Shown one piece after another: positions 12,894 through 25,879 of a DNA stretch of 64,000 nt. The first letter of the stretch is position 1; each line of letters starts with the position of its first letter. This stretch comes from Chiloscyllium plagiosum (Eukaryota), in the NCBI RefSeq assembly GCF_004010195.1, contig NC_057718.1:87106139-87170138 (forward strand), written 5' to 3'. Made by a program: the position numbers and the translations under genes. A model generated the notes under the pieces. It was not told where the DNA came from. It made no database searches and saw only the letters and a program-made list of their open reading frames with translations.

Positions 12894-14814
12894 ATTAAGC
12901 TTATTAAACCAAACCACTATGTCTAGACAAAAGCCCGAATCAAAATAGTGGACAGATGTGCTTCCAGATAATTCAAAAAGGGCTGCAATGTCTTATAAAA
13001 ATTGTCCATTTTCTGGTGCACCATGTTTGCAAGAAAATCCAAAGAAACGTAGTCCATAATTAATTTATGCCACCCCGACAGACTAGGGGGGGGGCGTTCT
13101 CAGACACCCAGCACATCAGAATGTTCTTCCTCGTGCAAAAAAGTGAGGATGCTAAAAGGCTTTATCCCATGTACATCTAAGGGAGATAAATTCAGCAAAC
13201 CCAGGAGAAGAAAAACTGGGTCCACCTTGACTTTGGTCCCCAAGGCCCTCTCTATTACTCCTGCCACAGCGCTCCAGTATGTACAGAGCCTGTGGCAGGA
13301 TTACAAACAATTAGTGAGGGTACCTGTATTTATTTTACACTTGGGGCACATTGAAGATGCACCCTGCTTAAATTTTGCAAGATGATCTGGGGCCAGATGA
13401 GCCCTACGAATATTCTTTAACTGCATAGCATGGATCCTATTACATATTGAAATCTTCCTCGCATTCTCACAAAGGTCCTCCCAAGTTTCCAGAGCGATCT
13501 CCACACTTAATTCTCTCTCCAGACCTCCCGTAATTGCTTGATGACACCCGAGGAACATGCCCCCAACAAATGATAGAGAGGACTCACTGAAAGAGTGTTC
13601 TTAGCCTGAAGCACCCTCTTTTGCCATCTCAGATCTACAACCCTCAGTCAGAAGCGTAGTCTCTTTTCAGATAAAATCTCTGACCTGAAAAAACAGAAGA
13701 GGTCCCAATTCGATACTCCATACTTACAAGTTATTTGATCAAATTACATTAATGTTTCATCTTCAAACAAATGACCCCCCTATCCGCCCAGGACTTAAAC
13801 CTGGCATCCATTATCCCTGGCTGGAAACCTGGCATACCAACTATGGGAGTATGGAAAGATGTTCGAGACATATTACCCTCCATCTGTCTCATTGCCCCCC
13901 ACACTTTGACTGTATGAGTAACTACTGGATTGCAGCAATGTTCCACAACTATCCTCATTTTGTCCAGAAACAACAGGTTAATAAGAGGACACTTTGCCTA
14001 GAAGGCCTCAATGTCCAACCTTGTCGATGTGGAGTCCTCACAGGCCCAGTCACTCTCAAAAGGTAAAAGGGAGCTCAATTGATATCTTCTGACGTCCAGG
14101 AGATCCACTCCTCCCAACCCCTGGGGCATTTGCAATTTTGTAAGCTTAATAAGGGGCTGCTTATGGCGCCAAATAAAAGAACTAGACTAACCGTTTAATT
14201 TCCGAAAAATTTGTTTGGACAAAGCAAGGGAAGCATCTGCAGGAGGTATAATAAGCGAGGAAGAACATTTATTTTAATAAGAGCAACTCGACCTAGCCAT
14301 GATATTGGAAGGGCCCCCCATCTTTGAAGGTCTTACTTAATCTTGTCAAACAAATGAACAAAATTAGCCTTCAATAACTGATCAAAACTAGGGGTAACAG
14401 AGAGGCCCAAGTAAAGAAAACCTCCCTGTGCCCATTTAAAGGGGAACCCACCTTCCACATCCACATCCCTAAGTACCCCCATAGGCATTGCCTGCAATTT
14501 TGAAAAATTGGTCTTGTAACCTGAGAAAAGGCCAAATGAATTAATACATCATATCAAACAGGGCACCAAAGCTGCCAGGTTCAAAAGAAAAATGAGAACA
14601 TCATCTGCATATAATATGATCTTATGCACCTTCGACACTACCTTTGAGGCAGCTATATTAGGGTCCCCATGAATGGCCTCTGCCAACAGCTCATTCACCA
14701 ATGTGAAGTGCAAAGGTGAGAGGTGACAGCCTTGCCGACTACCCCGACCAATGTTAAAATTATCAAACCATATACCATTAGTGAGAACCAGCCCCAGAGG
14801 ATTACTGTAAAGGA

Positions 14815-17557
14815 GGACTAGTAGCTTAATATTCCAGGATACAAATGCTACAGGAAGGAAGGAAAGGGGGCAAGAGAAGAGGGGGCGTGGCGTTTTTGAT
14901 AAAGAATAGCATTACAGCTGTACTTAGGGAGGATATTCCCTGAAATACATTCAGGGAAGTTATTTGGGTGGAACTGAGAAATAAGAAAGGAATGATCACC
15001 TTATTGGGATTGTGTTATAGACCCCCTAATAGTCAGCAAGAAATTGAGAAACAAATTTGTAAGGAAATTTCAGCTATCTGTAAGAATGATAGGGTGGTTA
15101 TGGGAGGAGATTTTAACTTTCCAAACATAGACTGGGACTGCCACAGTGTTAAGGGTTTAGATGAAGAGGAATTTGTTAAGTATGTACAAGAAAATTTTCT
15201 GATTCAGTATGTGGATGTACCTACTAGTGAAGGTGCAAAACATGACCTCCTCTTGGGAAATAAGGCAGGGCAGATGATTGAGATGTCAATGGGGGAGCAC
15301 TTTGGGGCCAGCCCCCATAATGCTTTTAGCTTTAAAATAGTGATGGAAAAGGATAGACCAGATCTAAAAGTTGAAGTTCAAAACTGGAGAAAGATCAATT
15401 TTGACGATATTAGGCAAGAACTTTCAAAAGCTGATTGGGGGCAGATATTCGCAGATAACAGGACAGCTGGAAAATGGGAAGTCTTCAGAAATGAGATAAC
15501 GAGAGTCCAAAGGCAGTATATTCCTGTAAGGGTGAAAAGAAAGGCTGGTACATGTAGGGAATACTGGATGACTTAAGAAACTGAGGGTTTGGTTAAGAAA
15601 AAGAAGGAAGCATGTGTCATGTAAAGACAGGATGGATTGAGTGAATCCTTAGAAGAGTATAAAGGCAGTAGGAGTATACTTAAGAGGGAAATCAGGAGGG
15701 CAAAAAGGGGACATGAGATAGCTTTGGAAAATAGAGTTAAGGAGAATCCAAATACATTTAAGACAAAAATGGTAACTAGGGAGAGAATAGGACCCCCTCA
15801 AAGATCAGCAAGGCGGCTTTTGTGTGGAGCCGCAGGAGATGGGGGAGATATTAAATGAGTATTTTGATCAGTGTTTACTGTGGAAAAGGACATGGAAGTT
15901 ATAGAATGTGGGGAAATAAATGGCGATATCTTGAAAAACGTCCATATTACAGAGGAAAAAGTGCTGGATCTCTTGAAACACATAAAGGTGGATAAATCTA
16001 CAGGACCTGATCAGGTGTACCATAGAACTCTGTGGGAAGCTAGGGAAGTGATTGCTGGGCCTCTTGCTGAGATATTTGTATCATCGATAGTCACAGGTGA
16101 GGTGCTGGAAAACGGGAGGTTGGCTAACGTGTTACTACTATTTAAGAAAGATGGTAACGACAAGCCAGGGAACTGTAGACCAGTGAGCTTGATGTCGTTG
16201 GTGGACAAGGGAATCCTGAAGGACAGGATTTACATGTATGTGGAAAGGCAAGGACTGTTAGGGAGAGTCAACATGGCTTTGTGCGTGGGAAATCATGTCT
16301 CACAAACTTGATTGAGTTTTTTGAAGAAGTAACAAAGAGGATTGATGAGAGCAGAGTGGTGGATGTGATCTATATCGACTTCAGTAAGTCTTTCGACAAG
16401 GTTCCCCATGGGAGACTGGTTAGCAAGGTTAGATCTCATGGAATCCAGGGAGAACTAGCCATTTCGATACAGAACCGGCTCAAAGGTAGAAGACAGAGGG
16501 TGGTGGTGGAGGGTTGTTTTTAAGACTGGAGGTTTGTGACCAGTGGAGTGCCACAAGGATCAGTGCTAGGTCCACTACTTTTCGTCATTTCTATAAATGA
16601 TTTGGATGTGAATATAGGAGGTATAGTTAGTAAGTTTGCAGATGACACCAAAATTGGAGGTGTAGTGGATAGCAAAGAAGATTACCTCAGATTACAACAG
16701 ATCTTGATCAGATGGGCCAAATGAGCTGAGGAGTGGCAGATGGAGTTTAATTTAGATAAATACAAGTTGTTGCATTTTGGGAAAGCAAACCTTAGCAGGA
16801 CTTATACACTTAATGGTAACGTTCTAGGGAGTGTTGCTGAACAAAGAGACCTTGGAGTGCAGGTTCATAGCTCCTTGAAAGTAGAGTCACAGGTAGTTAG
16901 GATAGTGAGAAAGGCATTTGGTATACTTTCCTTTATTGGTCAGAGTATTGAGTATAGGAGTTGGGAGGTCATGTTGCGGCTGAACAGGATGTTGGTCAGG
17001 CCACTTTTGGAATATTGCGTGCAATTCTGGTCTCCTTCCTGTCAGAAGGATGTTGTGAAACTTGAGAGGATTCAGGAAAGATTTACAAGGATATTGACAG
17101 GGTTGAAAGATTTGAGCTATAGGGAGAGGTTGAATAGACTGGGGCTGTTTTCCCTGGAGCGTCAGAGACTGAGGGGTGACCCTATAGAGGTTTATAAAAT
17201 CATGAAGGGCATGGATAGGGTAAATAGACAAGGTCTTTTCCCTGGGGTGGAGAGTCCAGAATTAGAGGGCATGGGTTTAAGGTGAGAGGGGAAAGATATA
17301 AAAAAGAGACTTAAGGAGCAACTTTTTCATGCAGAGGGTGGTGCATGTATGGAATGAACTGGCAGAGGAAGTGGTTGAGGCTGGTACAATTGCAACATTT
17401 AAAAGGAATCTGGATGGATATATGAATAGGAAGGGTTTGGAGGGATACGGGCCTAGTACTGGCAGGCGGGACCAGATCAGGTTGGGACATCTGGTCGGCA
17501 TAGACGAGTTGGACTGGAGGGTCTGTCTCTGTGCTGTACATCTCTATGATTCTATGA
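14815..17557 (+). mobile_element. CR1/HER1 LINE (EN+RT, frameshifted) inserted into L1 ORF2
   Basis: YRPPN, MGGDFNFPNIDW, DFSKSFDKVPH, PQGSVLGPLLF, KFADDTK, TCTATGA tail. Removing it rejoins the L1 sequence (..AAAGGA|CCCATACC..). Confidence 0.93.
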
Positions 17558-17940
17558 CCCATACCTATCTAGTATGCACTTCATCCAGTCAAAACGCTGC
17601 AGGATATAAAAAAAGATATGGCCATTCCACCTAATCTAATGCCTTCTCTAATGTACAAGGACGCCACCAACCCTTGAACTGACCATTGCTGGCACACTTG
17701 AATCACGTTATGCAGTCTCCTAACATTATTAGAAGATCTGCAACCTGTTATAAAGCCCACCTGATCCTCCTTAACAAAGAGGGCAACACCCTTTCCAACC
17801 TCAATGCCCAAAGTCTTTGATAACGTTGTAAAATTAGAGTTTAAAAGCGGGATGGGTCTGTAAGAAGCACAGTCTTCCCGGGTATACCCTTTCTCGAGAA
17901 TGGCAGGAGGCAATCCCAACTATATGGATAGTTGTACATG

Positions 17941-18077
17941 GTAAAAACAATGACTGCAGATGCTGGAAACCAGATTCTGGATTAGTGGTGCTGGAAGAGC
18001 ACAGCAGTTCAGGCAGCATCCAAGGAGCTTCGCTGAAGCTGCCTGAACTGCTGTGCTCTTCCAGCACCACTAATCCA
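17941..18077. mobile_element. Fold-back Penelope-like insert (family A variant) in L1 ORF2
   Basis: 15-bp TSD GGATAGTTGTACATG at 17926-17940 and 18078-18092. Perfect 41-bp inverted arms at 17977-18017 and 18038-18078. Confidence 0.75.
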
Positions 18078-21000
18078 GGATAGTTGTACATGTCTAGCAT
18101 CGGTCCTGACAGTATGTTTACCACTTTGAAGTTGCCTCACTGCTTTCTGTAAGTCTTGGGCTGTTAACGGAGCACTAACGAAAGACGTCTGTTCAGCAGG
18201 CATACCAGAAAGATCCAAGTTCCTAAAAAGAGACTCCATCTTATACCATCTGTCCTCACAGCAGTCAGACTGGTAAAGTTCAGAGTAAAATCTCTGACAC
18301 TCCTCATTGATTTTTTTAGCATCGGAATAAAGAGTTCTATTCCCTTCCCTACTAGAAGCAATAGACTGGGAGGCATTCTTCTTCCTGACCAAATATGCTA
18401 AGTTTTTACGCGGCCTATCACCGCGCTCAAACAGCGTCTGCTTCGCAAAGAAAAGTTCCTTCCTTGCTGTATGCATGAGCATGAAGTTTAAAGCAGATCA
18501 GAGAGCTGTGATCCACTGCAGCTTAGTCACCAATAGGTCTACTATAGTATGCCGTCTCAGCTGCCTTCACTCGTGCCTCAAGCAGACACTGCCGCTCTCC
18601 CTTCTGTCACTTCTGGCTGGCAGAGTATGAGATAATTAACCCACTAGCATAGGCCTTAGCTGTCTCCCAAAGAATGGATGGATTACTAGCTGTACCTGAG
18701 TTGGTGGCCAAACAAAGTTTCAAATTCCCTCGAAAAGTGTTCTACAAACTCGCTGTCCCTGAGGATGAAGGGATCCATTTGCCAGTACATTAGCCCATTA
18801 CATCACTCTTAATCTTAACCATTAAATACACAGCTGCATGATCACAGATGACAATATTCCCAATTCGACAGGATACCACCAAATCCTAAAAAGCCACAGG
18901 AATTAAGAAATAATCAATCCTTGTGTGGCATTTATGAGGATTGGAAAAGAATATAAAATCTCTGCCCATAGGGTGTAAACATCTCCGACCGTTTACCAAA
19001 CCCACACATAAATCACCCAACTGCTTAGATTATGAAGAAAGCTTTGGGAAGCCTTTGGGCATTCTGTCTAGCACAAGATCTATCAGGCAATGAAAAGCTG
19101 CCCCCATAATAATATGCTGTGACACCAAGGCCATCAGCTTATCTCATGCATCAGTTAGCAATTTAAGAGGGTAGGCCAGAGGACAGTAGACATTCAAAAT
19201 ACCATATTCCTCACCAAGTATAAGGGCCTTAAGAATAACAAACTGACCATACTCACCTTTAACACAACCTATTAAATTAAATGGGAGACCCTTCCGGATG
19301 AGTATGGCCACTCCTCTGCTCCTAATACTAAAAGACAAGAAAAACACCCGATCAAACCCACCCTGCTGCAACTTCAAGTGTTCCTTGTCACTAAGATGAG
19401 TCTCCTTCAACAGCCCAATGTCGACCCTCTCCTTTCTAAGGTTCAACAACACCTTTTTTCTTTTAACTGGCGAATGAATCCCTCTGATATTCCAGGTGCA
19501 CCGTTTAAGAATGCTGCTAACCACGATCCTTTACAACCCTTGACCTGCCGAGAGGAAGAATTCGTCTAGCAACATGCTGAGCACACTCAAAAGGAGACTC
19601 AGAGTCCATTTACAAAAAACCAAAAAGAAAATAAACTAACTACAAAACACAAAAAGCACTTAATGGGGGACTCTACTTTCTGCTCACAGAAGACACTCAG
19701 ATTTCCCACACACACCTCCATCCCACCCACCCCCCCCCCTTGCAGCTCAAGCCACATCCCAAACCCAAGCAATGGAAGAAACTAAACAAAAGGACATTGT
19801 AAACACAGGTGTAACTGAAACTCTGCCCATCCCCACTATATATCAATACCACTCCAGCTCAGAGAGAGAAAGAAATACCCACCAACAATAACTTCTTTGG
19901 GAAAAGAGTGAAAGTACAAGAAATAAAAGCAAGACAGAAAAAAAATACATTACTGTCCAAGTCCATAAATACATTATTTTAAAGTGTCCAAAAAGTTTTT
20001 GGCTTGCTGCAAGGAATCAAACGACCGCACAGCTTCCTGTTAACTAATATGAAGCACTGCTTCGTATGTCATTCAGTATTGAATACCAAGGTCCTTTAAC
20101 CTTCTCTTAACCTCAAACGATTTCCTCTTATGAATCATTGCCGCAGAAAAGTCCTGGAAAAACATTATCCGAGTTCCCTGACATGTCAGGGCCTATAGAT
20201 CTCTCCCCAAACTTCTAGAAGTTTCCATGACTCTCTCTGCTTGTCCCCATAGCATTGAAATCATATCAGAACCAGGCACTGATCCTGACCGGATCTGCGC
20301 ACCGCAACCTGGTGAGCTCTGTCAACCTTCACCTGGTCCACCTCGGCATCCCAGCCAAGGAATTGCGGCAACCTTTCTTCAAAAAGACCGGCTGATTGCC
20401 CACCTTCTACTCCCTCCAGCAAGCCGATGACCCAGATCTTCTTTCTCCTGCCTCTATTTTCCAGGTCATCGACTTGCTCAGTTAGGGCCCGAACCGGTTC
20501 CTCAAGGGCCTGGATCCGCCCTGCCGAGGTCTCTACATCAGTCTCTGACTGTGGTCCACCGTTCAACCTCTTCAACTTGCTTCCCGGGCCCGTCCAACCC
20601 CTTCTCATGCTTTTGTAGCATGGCCGAGATGGGCTCCAGTCGATTACGAGTCTCTTCCCTCATCTCCCGGATCAGTTGTTGGATCGCTTTGAGTTCCTCC
20701 ATGATGTTCTCCTGCACAGGCATTTCTTTCAATACTGCTGAGGGAGCTGCAGCAGTTTTCCCAGTTGCAGTTTCAGGCCTGCCTGATGTTTTCAGCTAGT
20801 GTCCTGAATGTTGAGAGTTGGCCGTTTACTTCCTCTTAGTCATTCTCACATGCTCCAGAAAGGATTTAAATGATTGTATTACCATTTAGCAATATTTTTT
20901 CCAAAACAAAACTAAGGTGGGGGGTAAAAATATATTACTACCCTGGGTCAGGGTGCAGAGCTCAGCAAGGCTGATCTATTCAGATCGCCATCATCTTGAA

Positions 21001-21288
21001 ACCCCCCTATTAATCGGCTTTTTAGTTGGCACCTATTGAGGGTTCAGCATAACAAAAAAATGGTGCATAGTCAGTTTTAGCTTAATGCTGACTCTGTGAG
21101 GGCAGTGATAAAGAAAAGCAAGGAGACTTCAAGAAGTTAACTGCATCAATCTTTCTCTCTCCCTTTTCTATGTAAACTTGTTCTCTTCTATTTTCTGCTG
21201 AATAAGCAGTGAGAAACACATTCAGAAATAATGAAATACTTCGAAAATCCAAAGACAACCAAAAAGACCCCAGGCAAACCAAACAACC

Positions 21289-21605
21289 AGTGGAGTGGCA
21301 CAGTGGTTCAGTGGTTAGCGCTGCTGCCTCAGCATCAGGGACCTGGGTTTGATGCCAGCCTCGGACAACTGTCTGTGTGGAGTTTGCACATTCTCCCCAT
21401 GTTTGTGTGGGTTTCCTCCAGGTCCTCCTGTTTCCTCCCACAGTTCGTAGATGTGCAAGTTTGGTGAATTGCCCGTAGTGTTCAGGGGTGTGTAGGTTAG
21501 GTGTATTAGTCAGGGGTAAATGTAGAGTAATAGGGGAATGGGTCTGGGTCGGACACTCTTCGGAGGGTCTGAAGGACCTCTTTCCACACTGTAGAGATTC
21601 TGTGA
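21289..21605 (+). mobile_element. HE1-like SINE
   Basis: GTGGCACAGTGGTTCAGTGGTTAGC head, conserved core and tail. Confidence 0.85.
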
Positions 21606-21657
21606 ACTAAAGACAGAACATCAAATGCAAATAACATCAAGGCATTGTTGAAGATTG

Positions 21658-21848
21658 TCAGAAGTCACACAACATCAGGTTTTAGTCCAACAGGTTTATT
21701 TGAAATCACAAGCTTCCAGAGCGCTGCTCCTTTGTCAGGTGAGCAGCGCTGTGAAAGCTTGTGATTTAAATTAAACCAGTTAAATTATAATCTGGTGTTG
21801 TGTGACTTCTGACTTTGTCCATGCCAAACCAACACCAGCATCACATCA
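21658..21848. mobile_element. Fold-back Penelope-like insert (family B)
   Basis: 10-bp TSD TTGAAGATTG at 21648-21657 and 21849-21858. Inverted arms GTCAGAAGTCACACAAC / GTTGTGTGACTTCTGAC. Hammerhead boxes decayed. Confidence 0.7.
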
Positions 21849-24800
21849 TTGAAGATTGGAAAAGGATTGTGGACCCGACTTATCAAGTTTATTTGATTTT
21901 GGACTGGTGATACAGGACTGTGATTCTCTGACTGTATGTCCCCTCCATTCATATTTGTGTTTTTTACTTTGTGTGTGTATGCCTGTCTGTGTGTGTGTGT
22001 GTCAATTTTAAAAAGGAGTAAATTTAAGACACAGAAATGAGAAATCCTGTTCTTTTGCTTTTCTTATTAGAGTTAAGATTATAAAAATAAGTGTAGTTTT
22101 TTATTGTTCGAAGAAAACCTGGTGTTGTTTGCTTTTATCCTCAATAGCAAGATAAAATCTTCACATTTGGCTCTGTGAATAATAGGGTTAATTTACAGTA
22201 TACTACACCAGTGGGTCATAACACTGAATAAAATGGATGTTCCATCAATATTCATGGTCTAAAGTGCCAAGTACTTTCTTTTACATAACGCTTTAAAGGA
22301 AATTCTCTGTCTATGATCTTTATAAAGCATTCTGCTGAAATCACAACATAGTTACTAACTCCTGGTTCTTTTAAATCTTTTCCTTCTCTTGACCTTTGTT
22401 CTTCTGCTGAATTCATTCACTAATTTATTTTAATTTCCCCAGCTCAATAAATTTGGAGCCCCAACCTAAAGTTATTTTCTGGTCCTTTCACTGTGTCTTG
22501 CAGCTGTTCCTTCTGGACCCTAAAATCGTAGCAGCAATCTTCATTATGAGATGTGAGAATTCGCTTTTACACTCACCTACCTTCCCTTTCGAGTCTTTGT
22601 GCAGTTGATCAAAGTTATTCCCTTTTCCCTTAGGAATCTATAATTTTACATCTTGATTTTTCCTTATAGAATCTCCTTCACTAAATTCTATATGCAGCTA
22701 GCTCTTTTCTTTTTTCCCTACACTCCTGCCCCATCACTACTTACCAGCATGAAGTTTTTACCTTTGGAATACTGAGCCTACTGCTGCTTTCACAATTGCT
22801 GCTGTACCTATCTGTTAACAATCATGTTTCAGCTGCTGACTGACTGTCAGTAGCTTCTTAAAGCAGCAATACTCTTAAAGTGGTAAACTCAGTTGCTGAA
22901 AACATTTTATTTTCTTCTGGGTCCGCTGTACTACTTTCCCTCATGGTGACATCAAACTGGAAATGCTTCAACCATGTGGTATTTTTCCATTATGAACTCT
23001 CCTGGTATCATGTAGTATATGATAGTAAATAAGAGTTATTTGAGATGGTTCACTGCCACCTATCCTCCTTTGTCTTTGCTTTGTCTATCCAGTGATTAGT
23101 GGTAGAGGATACAACACTGTACAATATCTTCACTGTTCTTAAACAACAAGAAGGTTACTGGCATGATGGCAATAGGTGTGACTACATTTGGTCAGAAATA
23201 ATTACGAGATCCTTAGAAAGCTGACACAGATACATCTGCTCCCTCTGAAAGCTAGAATAGAAATTATTGTTTTGTCCCACAGACTATGGTGGAGCCAATT
23301 AACATGAACATTAGCCTCTTCAGAGCTATGAACTTATACAACAGATAACATGATTCATTTTTGTTTTGGCTGTAAAATTCTTGCTCCCAATGAGTATTAG
23401 TCAAAACTCCATATACACATCTTGTTCCATATTCCTTTGTTCCATGTTTTTTGATGAGCCTACACTGCTAAATATTGATATTGTCTCAGCTTCAGTTGCT
23501 AACTCATGCATTCAGTTGCTCTACCTCCCTCTGTGAAAAAAAGTCCTGTTTTCTATCCAAAGGTTTAGAAATAAACTATACCTGTGACCCCAGTTCTCGC
23601 CCTCTCAATCCCTTCATCATTTTAATTACCTCTTTAAAAATCACCTCTTCGAATCCTGTTTCATAACAAAAAGAATACACAGTTTTCCAGAAAGGGAGGT
23701 GAATTACAAGCAAAACAAAATAGTATTCTGAAGCACGGCTGTAAGACAGGACAGACCTTTAGCACGTATGTTTTAAGGAATAGTATCAGAATCCAAGTTT
23801 TAGTGGAGTTCAACGTATGAACAGTACATTGTTGCAATTCTTATAATTACCTCCATTAATCAAAGAAAACTATAATGTTGGTCAAGCATACCCTTCCTTT
23901 TGTAAATCAAAATTTCTCTCATTATATACAACAAAAGTGGAAAAGGCATAATAGGAGAGCTTTTTAAAAGACACCCCATGCATTATCACTTATTTATACT
24001 TCCATCAAAGGTTAAAAATAACCCATGTTGACTGAGAAAACAGCCCAAACACACTGCAGCATTGTTTGCTTTCTCATTACAAATATTTCACTTCTATTGG
24101 TGTCTATTTTGGCACAATTAAAATCTCCGCCAATTAAAGCTTAATTGTGTATGGCATTCTTCTCACTGGTATACACATTATTTTATTCTCCATTTTGGTA
24201 CCACTGTTCATCCATCTGTTATATGTTCTTGCAGTATGATTGATCACAGATCACTCCCTATATAATGCGAAATTATTGTGTAAGACGGGTACTTCATTTA
24301 AATCCTGATGCTTAGGCATTTGGATCATGTCTCTAAGTAACATAAACTATTCTTTGTTCTCTCTCTATTCTTCTTGAAAGTTTTGGATCCAAATATCTTT
24401 AGCTATTAACGTGCACACTTTTCAACTTGATTTTCTTGGTTTTCTATTTTTTTCCTTTTCACATCGCTCAATGTTTTACCCCTTTACTTATTCCAAATTA
24501 AGCCTCAAGATTGTTTTCCTTTCTCAGCTGCCAACCCCTTACTTTTCCCCCCATCCTTTGTGTTGATGACTTATCTTGGAGCTCTAGTTAACCTTATCAC
24601 AACATATTGGTTGCAGAAAGCAGTTGTTCCATCACTACAGCTTACTTCTGCTTAAAAGAAAAGTGTCCCAATATCGCAGGAATCTGAACCTTTTCTACTA
24701 GCACAATGTCTGTAGCCACACCATCATCTCCTTAGTTTGGCTGTTCCTGTAGTGACTGGTTTGTGTCACTACTAGCGATTCAAAGATGACAACTGTTGAA

Positions 24801-25273
24801 ATGCTGATTTTCACTCTCATCACTAATAACTCCTGGAACTGCAATAATAGTAGACCCATACAAATCTTCACTACTTCACCAGTTTTGTTTATAAGACACA
24901 AGTTATGGCTGACTTTTAACCCCCATTCTGTTATTTTTCCAGTGCTTAAGAGGCAAAATGTTTTGCATTCACAGTTGGATTACAGAAATAGTTATATACT
25001 CAATTGAACCTTACTTAACCACCGTGTTTCTCCACTTAGTTCCTGGCTTTGCATAACCAAGGAATTAACAGACTAATGATAGGTTAATATGATGTCCAAA
25101 TCCTTCAAAGGGCTGACCATTAGTTCTGTCTGATTAGTAGAATAGCAGTAAATCCAACGCTGAAGTAACAAAGACTAATTTTAGCAAGCATAGATTAGAG
25201 GTGATACAGACAAGATTGTTTAACAGGAAATTGAAACATTTTAACCAATGTGATTAATAATGACATAATTTAG

Positions 25274-25484
25274 TCAGAGTTAAAAATAACAACACCAGGT
25301 TATAGTTCAACAGGTTTATTTGGAAGCACTAACTTTCGGAGCGCTGCTCCTTCATCAGGTAGTAGTGGTAGGGTTAGCGGCACTCTGAACGCTAATGCTT
25401 CCAAATAAACCTGTTGGACTATAACCTGGAATTGTATTATTTTTAACTTTGTCCACCCCAGTCCAACACTGGAACTTCCAAATT
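25274..25484. mobile_element. Fold-back Penelope-like insert (family B) with hammerhead core
   Basis: 9-bp TSD ATAATTTAG at 25265-25273 and 25485-25493, inverted arms. Minus strand 25330-25358 reads CUGAUGA-A-GGAGC-AGC-GCUCC-GAAA-GUUA. Confidence 0.72.
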
Positions 25485-25879
25485 ATAATTTAGGAAGATA
25501 TAGATTAAAATCATATTCAAGTCAGCTAGGCAAGCAGTAGGAATGCCAGATTGAATGCATTTACAGTGTATCAAAAGATGGGTTCAAAAAAGTAACAGAA
25601 AAGTTCATTGGAAATAGAAGGAGAGGAGCATATTTCAACCATGAGTCATGAACAGGAAACCAAATGATCTAGTTTTAAAAGAACTGCAATTCAAGCACAT
25701 TTGGGGAAAAATGTTCTAAAAGTTGCAATCTGAAGACACTGATGTAATGATTATTACTTATTCATTCATGGAATGTGGCAAGGTAAATGGTTCTTGTTCA
25801 TCCTTAATTGTCCTTGAGTACATTTAAATTTGAGATGTTAGATTTGCATTTCCCTTTGCACATCAAGACATCAAAAAAA

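Larger units (their letters stand above)
12472..21009 (-). mobile_element. Full-length decayed L1/Tx1-clade LINE (ORF1 ~20040-20843; ORF2 ~12923-19524)
   Basis: ORF1 motif DDLENRGRRKKIWVIGLLEG. ORF2 APE start TWNIRGIHSPVKRKKV..LKETHL, RT motifs, C-terminal CPKCKINTGTLTNCL. TSD TTAAT(T/C)GGCTTTT at 12459-12471 and 21010-21022. Confidence 0.9.
12250..22223 (+). mobile_element. Solo LTR (~0.9 kb net) split by nested insertions
   Basis: TGTAAGA...TCATAACA termini, 4-bp CTGA direct repeat at 12246-12249 and 22224-22227. Orientation is tentative. Confidence 0.6.

Noticed and set aside
14968..17285. EN/RT ORFs as an active or domesticated gene
   Set aside because: Multiple stops and frameshifts, 5'-truncated CR1.
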